From: Oscillospiraceae bacterium
Lineage (GTDB): Bacteria > Bacillota > Clostridia > Oscillospirales > Ruminococcaceae
Direction: 5' to 3'
Assembly: GCA_022769365.1 (NCBI GenBank)
Contig: JALEJO010000012.1
Coordinates: 2,917 to 66,916 of the forward strand
Length of the DNA: 64,000 nt
Within the stretch, counting starts at the first letter, position 1, and each line of letters begins with the position of its first letter. Below, one piece after another: positions 55,494 to 64,000 of the stretch. The translations under genes were made by a program, and so were the position numbers. The notes under the pieces are model-generated. The model did no database searches and was not told the origin of the DNA. It saw nothing but the letters and a program-made list of their open reading frames with translations.

Positions 55494-56963
55494 ATGACTT
55501 ATCCATCAATTGAAGAGATTAAAAAATATGCCGAAAACTACAGAACAATCCCTGTTTACTATAGTTTTCCTGCCGACCAGCAGACACCTATCAGCATATA
55601 TTCGGCACTTTCAAAAAACAAAAAAACATCTTTTATGTTCGAGAGTGTAAATAACGGAAATCAGTGGGACAGATATTCATACGTTGGTTTTGACCCTGCA
55701 ATGCAGGTTAAAATATCAGGATATGAGGCTGATATAATTGATGAAAACGGTCTTAGAAGTTTCAAAACTGAAAATCCTATTGAATTTTTAAAAGAACTTA
55801 TGAAGAATTATTCTTCACCAAAAATTCAGAATACACCAAGTTTCAATGGCGGTTTCATAGGTTATTTTGGTTATGATACAATAAGATATATGGAAAAGAG
55901 ACTTGTTAATGTCAATGAAGATGATATTAAAATGCCTGACTGCGATTTATTTCTTTATCAGACAATAGTTGCATATGACCATTTGACAAGTAATGTGATT
56001 ATAATACAGCATATTGACTCTGAAAAAGATATTGAAAAGCAGTATGAAGATGCACTTTCAAATGCAAAAGATATTGAAGATAAAATACTTGATTATTCAC
56101 CTGAAAGAAAATACCCTGAATATAAAGGAAATGTTGAAATTTCTTCTAATGTTTCAAAAGAAGAATATACCGATATGGTTGAAAAAGCAAAAAAATATAT
56201 TGTTGATGGCGATATTTTTCAGGTTGTTTTATCCCAGAGATTTTCTGTTAAGAATCCGCCGAACAGCTTCAGCGTTTACAGAAGACTTCGTGCAACAAAT
56301 CCATCACCATATCTTTATTATTTCAAAACACCTGATTACGAAATTGCAGGTTCTTCACCTGAAATGCTTGCAAAAGTTAAGGACGGAATAATTTCAAACA
56401 GACCTATTGCAGGCACTATGCCGAGAGGCAAGACTTATGAAGAAGATATGGAACTTGAAAAGAAACTTGTTTCAGACCCGAAAGAACGTGCAGAACATAA
56501 TATGCTTGTTGACCTTGGAAGAAATGATGTTGGAAAAGTTTCAGAATTTGGAACGGTTAAAGTTACAAGATATATGGTAACTGAAAGATATTCAAAGGTT
56601 ATGCACCTTGTTTCAGACGTTCAGGGAAAACTTCAAAAAGATAAAACAGCACTTGATGCACTTGTTTCAATTCTCCCTGCCGGAACACTTTCAGGAGCTC
56701 CAAAAGTTCGTGCAATGGAAATAATTGATGAACTTGAAAATAAAAAACGTGGACTTTACGGCGGAACAGTCGGCTATCTTGACTTTAGCGGAAATATAAA
56801 TACCTGTATTGCAATAAGAACTGTTTTATTTAAAAACAACTGTGCGTATGTTCAGGCAGGTGCAGGAATAGTTGCAGATTCAGTTCCTGAAAAAGAATAT
56901 ATGGAAACAAAAAACAAAGCACTTGCAATTGTAAATGCAATAAAGGAGGCATCTGAATTATGA
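55494..56963 (+). CDS. trpE: Anthranilate synthase component I
   Basis: FESV, DRYSY, GDIFQVVLSQRF, NPSPY, RPIAGT, EHNMLVDLGRND, PAGTLSGAPK; start at 55494 after AAGGAG. Confidence 0.97.
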   Translation: MTYPSIEEIKKYAENYRTIPVYYSFPADQQTPISIYSALSKNKKTSFMFESVNNGNQWDRYSYVGFDPAMQVKISGYEADIIDENGLRSFKTENPIEFLKELMKNYSSPKIQNTPSFNGGFIGYFGYDTIRYMEKRLVNVNEDDIKMPDCDLFLYQTIVAYDHLTSNVIIIQHIDSEKDIEKQYEDALSNAKDIEDKILDYSPERKYPEYKGNVEISSNVSKEEYTDMVEKAKKYIVDGDIFQVVLSQRFSVKNPPNSFSVYRRLRATNPSPYLYYFKTPDYEIAGSSPEMLAKVKDGIISNRPIAGTMPRGKTYEEDMELEKKLVSDPKERAEHNMLVDLGRNDVGKVSEFGTVKVTRYMVTERYSKVMHLVSDVQGKLQKDKTALDALVSILPAGTLSGAPKVRAMEIIDELENKKRGLYGGTVGYLDFSGNINTCIAIRTVLFKNNCAYVQAGAGIVADSVPEKEYMETKNKALAIVNAIKEASEL

Positions 56964-57541
56964 TTTTAATGATAGATAATTACGACTCTTTCACTTATAA
57001 TCTTTATCAGTATTTCGGGGAAATTTATCCTGATATAAAGGTTTTCAGAAATGATGAAATCACAATTGATGAAATTGAAAAGATGAATCCTGACGGAATT
57101 ATTGTTTCACCGGGTCCTGGTTATCCGAAAGATGCAGGTGTTTCAGTTGAAACAATAAAGCATTTCACAGGCAAAATTCCTATACTTGGCGTTTGCCTCG
57201 GACATCAGTCAATAGCCGAAGCATTTGGCGGAAAGATTGTTAAGGCAAGAGAACTTATGCACGGCAAAACATCTGATTGTTCAATTGATAATTCATCAAA
57301 AATTTTCAAAGGTCTTTCAGATAATTTAAAAATAGGAAGATACCACTCACTTATAGTTGATGAAGATACTTTTCCTGAATGTTTAAAAATAACTGCAAAA
57401 GACCCGTCAGGTCAGATAATGGCACTTGAACATAAAGAATATCCTACATATGGACTTCAATTTCACCCTGAATCAATTCTTACCGAAAACGGCAAGATTA
57501 TTATAAATAATTTTATAAATATAGTTAAAGGAGTAGATTAA
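56960..57541 (+). CDS. trpG: Anthranilate synthase component II (glutamine amidotransferase)
   Basis: IDNYDSFTYNL, SPGPG, GVCLGHQ, QFHPES. Confidence 0.97.
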   Translation: MILMIDNYDSFTYNLYQYFGEIYPDIKVFRNDEITIDEIEKMNPDGIIVSPGPGYPKDAGVSVETIKHFTGKIPILGVCLGHQSIAEAFGGKIVKARELMHGKTSDCSIDNSSKIFKGLSDNLKIGRYHSLIVDEDTFPECLKITAKDPSGQIMALEHKEYPTYGLQFHPESILTENGKIIINNFINIVKGVD

Positions 57542-57542
57542 A

Positions 57543-58568
57543 ATGGCTGAAACAAAAACACTTTCAAAATATCTTGCAAAAGTTGCAGATAATGAAAACC
57601 TTTCTTATGATGATTCATGTGATGCAATGGACGTTATAATGAGCGGTGAAGCCTCTGAAATACAGGTTGCAAGTTTCCTCACAGCACTTCGCATGAAGGG
57701 TGAAACACCTGATGAAATTTCAGGACTTGCAAGAGGTATGCGTGATAAGGCTGTTAAAGTTGAAAATGAAAAAGATGCTGTTGAAATTGTCGGAACGGGC
57801 GGCGATCTTGCAAATTCATTTAACATTTCAACAACATCATCATTTGTCATTGCAGCGTCAGGTATGAAAGTTGCAAAGCACGGCAACAGAAGCGTTTCAA
57901 GTAAATCCGGTGCTGCTGATGTACTTGAAGCACTCGGCGTTAAAATTCAGTCAACTCCTGAGCTTGCAAAAGAAGCACTCGACACAATAGGAATCTATTT
58001 CCTTTTTGCACAGAGTTACCACAAGTCAATGAAATATGTTGCGCCTGTCAGAAAGGCAATGGGAATAAGAACAGTTTTCAACATCTTAGGACCTTTAACA
58101 AACCCTGCTGAAACAGATTATATTGTATTCGGTTCATACAGCAAAGAACTTCTCCCAGTCCTTGCATCAGTTCTTATAAAGCTTGGTGTTAAGCATGGTA
58201 TGGTAGTTCACGGAACAGATGTACTCGATGAAGTTTCAATTTCAGCACCAACAGCAGTTGCGGAAGTTATAAACGGTGAAATAAAAGAATATGAAATAAA
58301 ACCTGAAGATTTTGGACTTAAAACAGCTTCAAAAGATGAAATAGTCGGTGGCAGTGCAGAAGATAATGCAAAAATTACTCTTGGAATTTTAAAGGGTGAA
58401 ATAAAGGGTGCAAAACGTGATATTGTACTTTTGAATTCAGGCTGTGCACTATATGTTTCAGGCAAAGCTGATTCAATTTCAGACGGTGTTAAACTTGCAG
58501 CAGAACTTATAGACAGTGGTAAGGCACTTGAAAAATTAAATCAGCTTATAGAATTTACAAATAAATAA
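57543..58568 (+). CDS. trpD: Anthranilate phosphoribosyltransferase
   Basis: GTGGD, FNIST, KHGNRSVSSKSGAAD, RTVFNILGPL.NPA. Confidence 0.98.
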   Translation: MAETKTLSKYLAKVADNENLSYDDSCDAMDVIMSGEASEIQVASFLTALRMKGETPDEISGLARGMRDKAVKVENEKDAVEIVGTGGDLANSFNISTTSSFVIAASGMKVAKHGNRSVSSKSGAADVLEALGVKIQSTPELAKEALDTIGIYFLFAQSYHKSMKYVAPVRKAMGIRTVFNILGPLTNPAETDYIVFGSYSKELLPVLASVLIKLGVKHGMVVHGTDVLDEVSISAPTAVAEVINGEIKEYEIKPEDFGLKTASKDEIVGGSAEDNAKITLGILKGEIKGAKRDIVLLNSGCALYVSGKADSISDGVKLAAELIDSGKALEKLNQLIEFTNK

Positions 58569-58580
58569 TTTGGTGAACAT

Positions 58581-59360
58581 ATGATACTTGATGATATAAT
58601 AGAAAAAAGAAGAATACAGTTGTCACGTGAAATTGAAAAAGTTTCACGTGATGAAATGAAAAGCCTTGCACTTGCTTCAGAAAGAAAAACAATAAGTTTT
58701 TATGATGCTTTAAAAAAAGACGGAATGAGCATTATTTCAGAAGTCAAAAAAGCATCACCTTCAAAGTCAGTTATACAGCCTAATTTTCACCCTGTTGAAC
58801 AAGCTGTGCAGTATGAAAAAGCGGGAGCAGATGCAATTTCCTGCCTTACAGAAGAACATTATTTTCAGGGCAGTTCGGAATATTTAAAAGCGATAAGAGA
58901 AAACGTAAATATCCCGATTTTGCGAAAAGATTTCATAATTGACGAATACCAGATTTATGAAGCAAAAGTAATTGGTGCAGATGCAATTCTTTTAATTGCG
59001 GCTGTTCTTGATACTGAAACAATGTTCAAATTCAGAAAACTTGCTGAAAGTCTTGGGCTTGAATGTCTTTTCGAGGCACACAACAAAGAAGAAATCGAAA
59101 AGATTTTAAAATGTGAACCAAAAGTAATAGGAATAAACAACAGAAATCTTAAAACATTTGAAGTTTCGCTTGAAAACACAGCAAATTTTGCTGAATTTGT
59201 ACCAAAAGAATGTGTTCTTGTTTCAGAAAGCGGAATTTCAGATAATAACGATATGAAATACCTGAAAAGATGCGGTGCAGATGCTGTTTTAATAGGTGAA
59301 ACACTTATGAGAAGCGGAAACGTGGAAAAAACAATCAAAGAATTGAGGAACGGAATTTGA
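58581..59360 (+). CDS. trpC: Indole-3-glycerol phosphate synthase
   Basis: EVKKASPSK, LTEEHYFQGS, LRKDFI, GINNRNL, SESGI. Confidence 0.98.
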   Translation: MILDDIIEKRRIQLSREIEKVSRDEMKSLALASERKTISFYDALKKDGMSIISEVKKASPSKSVIQPNFHPVEQAVQYEKAGADAISCLTEEHYFQGSSEYLKAIRENVNIPILRKDFIIDEYQIYEAKVIGADAILLIAAVLDTETMFKFRKLAESLGLECLFEAHNKEEIEKILKCEPKVIGINNRNLKTFEVSLENTANFAEFVPKECVLVSESGISDNNDMKYLKRCGADAVLIGETLMRSGNVEKTIKELRNGI

Positions 59361-59980
59361 AAATTAAAATATGCGGAATAAGACGTTCCGAAGATGTCGG
59401 GTTTGCAAATCTTTTTATGCCTGATTATATCGGATTTATTCTTTCAAAAGGCTATAAAAGGACTGTTAAAATTGATGATGCGAAATTTTTAGCGGCAAAA
59501 GCCGACCCGAAAATAAAAAAAGTCGGAGTTTTTGTTGATATGCCTGCAAAAAATGTTGCATCTGTTGCAGACTATACAGGCATTGACATAATTCAGCTTC
59601 ACGGTGAAAGTGAAGACAATGATTATATAAACGAACTCAGAAGTTATACAGACAAAGAAATCTGGAATGTTTTCAAAGTAAAAAACGAAGAGGAAGTTTT
59701 AAAAGCTGAAAAAAGCATTGCAGATATGATTCTTCTTGATACTTATTCAGAAAAAATTGCAGGCGGAACGGGGAAAAAAGTTGATACTGATATTATTTTA
59801 AAAAGCGGTTTGTCAAGAGATTTTATTCTTGCAGGCGGAATTGATAATGATAATATCAGCGATATTTTAGGCGAAATTAAGCCGTTTTGCATAGATGTTT
59901 CAAGCGGAACTGAAACAGACGGAGTTAAAGATCCGCAGAAAATGGCAGATATAATAAGAAAAATCAGAAGCGAAATTTAA
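59357..59980 (+). CDS. trpF: Phosphoribosylanthranilate isomerase
   Basis: KICGI, VGVFV, QLHG, GGTG, LAGGI, DVSSG.E. Confidence 0.96.
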   Translation: MKIKICGIRRSEDVGFANLFMPDYIGFILSKGYKRTVKIDDAKFLAAKADPKIKKVGVFVDMPAKNVASVADYTGIDIIQLHGESEDNDYINELRSYTDKEIWNVFKVKNEEEVLKAEKSIADMILLDTYSEKIAGGTGKKVDTDIILKSGLSRDFILAGGIDNDNISDILGEIKPFCIDVSSGTETDGVKDPQKMADIIRKIRSEI

Positions 59981-60000
59981 TTTAAGGAGTAATAAAAACT

Positions 60001-61197
60001 ATGGGAAAAATCGGAAGATTCGGCGAATTTGGCGGACAGTATGTCCCTGAAACCGTTATGAATGCTGTACACGAACTCGAAGCAGCATATGATAAATATA
60101 AAAATGACCCTGAATTTTTAAAAGAACTGAATGATATGTATGTTAATTATGCATCAAGACCATCACTTCTTTATTATGCCGAAAAGATGACAAAAGACCT
60201 CGGCGGTGCAAAAATTTATCTTAAAAGAGAAGATTTAAACCACACAGGAGCTCACAAAATCAATAATGTTATCGGTCAGCTTTTACTTGCAAAAAGAATG
60301 GGCAAAAAAAGAATTATTGCCGAAACAGGTGCAGGTCAGCATGGCGTTGCAACTGCAACAGTATGTGCTTTGATGGGTTTTGAATGTGAAGTTTATATGG
60401 GCGTTAACGATATGGAGCGTCAGGCTTTGAACGTTTACAGAATGGAACTCCTTGGTGCTAAGGTAACAGGTGTTGCAAGCAGCACAGGCACTTTAAAAGA
60501 CGCTATAAACGAAGCTATGCGTGATTGGGCAACAAATATTGAAACAACTTTCTATTGTATTGGTTCAGTTATGGGACCACATCCATATCCTGAAATGGTT
60601 CGTGATTTCCAGAAAATAATAGGTATTGAAGCCAAGGCACAGCTTAAACAAATGGAACATAACGAAAACATTCTCCCTGACTGTGTTGTGGCCTGCGTAG
60701 GAGGCGGTTCAAATGCAATGGGTATGTTTTACGATTTTATTCCTGATAAGTCTGTACGCCTTGTAGGGGCTGAGGCAGCAGGCAAAGGTGTTGATACAGA
60801 CCTTCACGCTGCAACAATTGCAAGAGGAAGAAAAGGTATATTCCACGGAATGAAATCACTTTTCCTCCAGAACAGTGAAGGACAAATAGATGAAGTATTT
60901 TCAATTTCAGCTGGTCTTGACTATCCAGGAATAGGTCCTGAACACGCATATCTTCACGAAACAGGCAGAGCCGATTACGTTAGCATAACCGATGAAGAAG
61001 CAGTGCAGGCATTTGAATATCTTTCAAAAACAGAAGGAATTATTCCGGCAATTGAAAGTGCCCACGCTGTTGCGGCAGGTATGAAAATTGCTCCGACAAT
61101 GGGAAAAGATCAGATAATGATAATAAATCTTTCAGGTCGTGGAGATAAAGACGTTCATCAGGTTGCAAGATACAGAGGAGTTGATATAAATGAATAG
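60001..61197 (+). CDS. trpB: Tryptophan synthase beta chain
   Basis: [45 protein letters not shown]. Confidence 0.99.
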   Translation: MGKIGRFGEFGGQYVPETVMNAVHELEAAYDKYKNDPEFLKELNDMYVNYASRPSLLYYAEKMTKDLGGAKIYLKREDLNHTGAHKINNVIGQLLLAKRMGKKRIIAETGAGQHGVATATVCALMGFECEVYMGVNDMERQALNVYRMELLGAKVTGVASSTGTLKDAINEAMRDWATNIETTFYCIGSVMGPHPYPEMVRDFQKIIGIEAKAQLKQMEHNENILPDCVVACVGGGSNAMGMFYDFIPDKSVRLVGAEAAGKGVDTDLHAATIARGRKGIFHGMKSLFLQNSEGQIDEVFSISAGLDYPGIGPEHAYLHETGRADYVSITDEEAVQAFEYLSKTEGIIPAIESAHAVAAGMKIAPTMGKDQIMIINLSGRGDKDVHQVARYRGVDINE

Positions 61198-61975
61198 AAT
61201 TAACGCTAAATTTGAGGAATTAAAGCAGAAAAATAAAAAAGCCCTCATCACTTTCATAACATCAGGTGACGCAGGATATGAAACAACTGAAAAAGCTGTT
61301 TATGCAATGGAAAAAGCAGGTGCGGATATAATTGAACTCGGTGTTCCTTTTTCTGACCCTATAGCAGAAGGTCCTGTTATTCAGGCGGCAAGTGAACGTT
61401 CAATAAAAGGCGGCACTACTCTTCTTGGAATTTTTGAAATGGTAAAAAGAATAAGAAAGAACACAGATATGCCTCTTATTCTTATGATGTATTTAAACAG
61501 CATTTATGGTTTCGGAACTGAAAAATTCTTCAATCTCTGTAAAGAATGCGGAATAGACGGCGTTATTGTTCCTGATATGCCTTATGAAGAAAAGGACGAA
61601 ATTCAGGAATTTGCAGATAATGCAGACGTTATAAATATTTCTATGATTGCTCCTACATCTCATGACAGAATAGGAATGATTGCAAAAGATGCAAAAGGCT
61701 TTATCTACTGCGTTTCTTCAACAGGTGTTACAGGTATGCGTTCAAATTTTGCAACTGATTTCGACGATTTTATGGGACATATCAAAAAATGTGCAACAAT
61801 TCCTTGTGCGATAGGTTTCGGTATTTCTTCACCTGAACAGGCAAAGAAGATGGCTGCTTACGCCGATGGTGTAATTGTGGGAAGTGCAATAGTTAAAATA
61901 GTTGCGGAAAAACGTGAAAATTGCCCTGACAGCATCTACGAATTCGTTTCATCTTTGAGAAAAGCTATTGATTGA
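61190..61975 (+). CDS. trpA: Tryptophan synthase alpha chain
   Basis: [35 protein letters not shown]. Confidence 0.99.
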   Translation: MNRINAKFEELKQKNKKALITFITSGDAGYETTEKAVYAMEKAGADIIELGVPFSDPIAEGPVIQAASERSIKGGTTLLGIFEMVKRIRKNTDMPLILMMYLNSIYGFGTEKFFNLCKECGIDGVIVPDMPYEEKDEIQEFADNADVINISMIAPTSHDRIGMIAKDAKGFIYCVSSTGVTGMRSNFATDFDDFMGHIKKCATIPCAIGFGISSPEQAKKMAAYADGVIVGSAIVKIVAEKRENCPDSIYEFVSSLRKAID

Positions 61976-61996
61976 ATTTTAAATTGACGGATATAG

Positions 61997-62066
61997 AAAA
62001 AGCACCGTTTTTAGGTGCTTTTTTTATAACAAAAATCTCCCTTCTGAAATTATCAGAAGGGAGATG
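61997..62066. terminator. Back-to-back terminators for the trp operon and pnp
   Basis: AAAAAGCACC/GGTGCTTTTT (61997-62025) and ATCTCCCTTCTGA/TCAGAAGGGAGAT (62034-62066). Confidence 0.8.
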
Positions 62067-62077
62067 ATTAAAAAATA

Positions 62078-64000
62078 TTACTTATTCTGTTTAGCCTCGA
62101 GGTCAGCGAGAGCATCTTTTCTTGAAAGGCTTATCTGACCGTTGTTCTTTATTTCAAGAACCTTAACGAGAATTTCATCGCCGATAGATACTTCATCTTC
62201 AACACGTTCAACTCTGCCTTTGCCGAGTTTTGAAATGTGAACAAGACCATCTTTACCAGGGGCAATTTCAACAAAAGCACCGAAGTCCATTATTCTTACA
62301 ACTTTACCCTTGTAGATAGCACCAACTTCAGGATCCATAGCAATAGTTTTAACTATCTGTAAAGCGTTGTTTACGTTGTCTGTATCCTGACCACTGATAA
62401 ATACCTTACCGTCATCTGTTATGTCAATCTTAACATCGCATTCAGCAGAAATTTTCTGAATAACCTTGCCGCCCTGACCAATTACATCTCTGATTTTTGC
62501 AACAGGAATAACTGTATTTACCATCTTAGGTGCATACTTGTTTACTGTTTTTCTTGGTTCAGGAATTGCTTTGAGCATAACTTCGTTAAGTATGTACATA
62601 CGAGCTTTATGTGTTTTAGCGAAAGCTTCCTTGATAATTGCAGGTGTAAGACCATCTACCTTAATATCTACCTGAATAGCTGTGATACCCTTTTCAGTAC
62701 CGCCAACCTTAAAGTCCATATCGCCGAAGAAGTCTTCAAGTCCCTGAATATCAACCATTGTCATAAATTCATCGCTGTCAGGCTTTGTTATAAGACCGCA
62801 TGAAATGCCTGCAACAGGTCTTTTTATCGGAACACCTGCGTCCATAAGTGCAAGTGTAGAACCGCAGATTGAACCCTGTGATGTTGAACCGTTTGAAGAA
62901 AGAACTTCTGAAACAAGACGCATTGCATATGGGAATTCTTCTTCACTTGGAAGTACAGGAACGAGTGCTCTTTCAGCGAGTGCACCGTGACCGATTTCTC
63001 TTCTTCCAGGGCCTCTGCTTGGCTTTGTTTCACCAACTGAATATGAAGGGAAGTTGTAGTGATGCATATATCTTCTTGTCTTTTCTTCATCAAGACCATC
63101 AATTTTCTGTGCTTCACTGAGTGGTGCAAGAGTTGCAACTGTAAGAACCTGTGTCTGTCCTCTTGTGAAAAGTCCTGAACCATGAACTCTTGGAAGAAGT
63201 CCTACTTCTGAAGCGAGCGGACGAATTTCATCAATCTTTCTTCCGTCAACACGTTTGCCTTCATAAAGCCAGTTACGAACAATTTTCTTCTGTAATTTAT
63301 AGATACATTCATCTATCATTGGAATCTTGTCTTCATACTTTTCGTCAAAGGCAGCGTGAATTTCATCAACGATAGGCTGTAATCTTTCTTCACGAACATT
63401 TTTATCATTTGTATCAAGTGCAAATTTAACCTTTTCTTCAGCCATTTCAGCAATAGCGTCAAATAAATCGTGGTCAACTTCCATTGATTCAAATTCAAAC
63501 TTAGGCTTACCAATTTCAGCCTTTATTTCATTTATAAACTTAACAAACTTCTTTATTTCTTCGTGACCGAACATAATAGCTTCAAGCATTTTGTCGTCGT
63601 CAACTTCGTTTGCACCGGCTTCAATCATAACGATTTTATCCATTGAACCTGCAACTGTAAGCTGAAGGTCGTTGTGTGCTCTCTGTTCAAGAGTTGGATT
63701 TAAAACGAGTTCTCCGTCAACAAGACCAACGCTTATACCGGCAATAGGTCCGTTCCAAGGAATATCGGAAATAGAAATTGCAATTGATGCTGCAAGCATT
63801 GCAACAACTTCAGGCTGACAGTCAGGGTCAACTGAAAGAACAGTCATAACAACTGAAACATCATTTCTCATATCCTTTGGAAATAAAGGACGGATAGGTC
63901 TGTCGATAACTCTTGAAGTGAGTATTGCTTTTTCAGAAGGTTTACCTTCTCTTTTTGTAAATCCTCCAGGAATCTTGCCTACTGAATACATTCTTTCTTC
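62078..64000 (-). CDS. pnp: Polyribonucleotide nucleotidyltransferase (5' end outside the window)
   Basis: IPGGFTKREG, DRPIRPLF, FTRGQTQ, SNGSTS, EDFFGDMDFK, KH and S1 domains. Confidence 0.99.
   Translation of the reverse strand, partial: EERMYSVGKIPGGFTKREGKPSEKAILTSRVIDRPIRPLFPKDMRNDVSVVMTVLSVDPDCQPEVVAMLAASIAISISDIPWNGPIAGISVGLVDGELVLNPTLEQRAHNDLQLTVAGSMDKIVMIEAGANEVDDDKMLEAIMFGHEEIKKFVKFINEIKAEIGKPKFEFESMEVDHDLFDAIAEMAEEKVKFALDTNDKNVREERLQPIVDEIHAAFDEKYEDKIPMIDECIYKLQKKIVRNWLYEGKRVDGRKIDEIRPLASEVGLLPRVHGSGLFTRGQTQVLTVATLAPLSEAQKIDGLDEEKTRRYMHHYNFPSYSVGETKPSRGPGRREIGHGALAERALVPVLPSEEEFPYAMRLVSEVLSSNGSTSQGSICGSTLALMDAGVPIKRPVAGISCGLITKPDSDEFMTMVDIQGLEDFFGDMDFKVGGTEKGITAIQVDIKVDGLTPAIIKEAFAKTHKARMYILNEVMLKAIPEPRKTVNKYAPKMVNTVIPVAKIRDVIGQGGKVIQKISAECDVKIDITDDGKVFISGQDTDNVNNALQIVKTIAMDPEVGAIYKGKVVRIMDFGAFVEIAPGKDGLVHISKLGKGRVERVEDEVSIGDEILVKVLEIKNNGQISLSRKDALADLEAKQNK

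Noticed and set aside
55327-55509. 60-aa antisense ORF and the 55416 upstream extension of trpE
   Set aside because: Both overlap the T-box antiterminator/terminator; the RBS-supported trpE start is 55494.
134-63513. Numerous antisense or nested ORFs in the six-frame track (e.g. 860-1201, 8709-9152, 17552-18025, 34610-34954, 39446-39871)
   Set aside because: They overlap well-supported genes on the opposite strand or in another frame, and lack RBS or family motifs (shadow ORFs).
1-64000. Prophage, ICE, IS or classical anti-phage defence island
   Set aside because: No integrase, transposase, relaxase, structural, restriction-modification or recognisable defence genes; accessory genes are scattered singly among core genes.

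Overview
A low-GC Firmicutes chromosome segment, most consistent with a spore-forming, dockerin-encoding Ruminococcus-like organism (Oscillospiraceae); the taxonomy is inferred from gene content. Most of it is core genome: radA, rpmG-secE-nusG-rplK-rplA, tig-clpP-clpX, rplS-lepB-lepB-rbgA-rnhB-yraN-thrC, tyrS, prmA, a T-box-controlled trpEGDCFBA operon and the 3' part of pnp. It also carries sulfur/nitrogen genes (CymR-like regulator, MetE-core-like enzyme, metY, an Amt-PII fusion, a polar amino-acid ABC transporter), purine salvage (hpt-NCS2-xpt), sporulation genes, a Phd-VapC toxin-antitoxin pair and a dockerin-bearing M6 metalloprotease. I saw no rRNA, tRNA, CRISPR array, integrase or transposase. 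The most striking unexplained structure is a family of 8 intergenic, non-coding, multi-hairpin palindromic elements (complete copies ~220-320 bp, plus one half copy and one isolated terminus). They are capped by variable tandem heptamers (AATTAGG/AATGAGG/AGTGAGG), and five of them end 3-11 nt upstream of a sigma-A -35 box. Other leads: a TPR-nucleotidyltransferase(DUF4037)-DUF4125 fusion coupled to a flavodiiron gene; a MerR/NmlR-type promoter on dxs; an ANTAR-like attenuator before amt-glnK; FAH-like motifs in a DUF5718 protein; and two small ORFs below the ORF-track cutoff. All family names come from motif recognition, not database searches.
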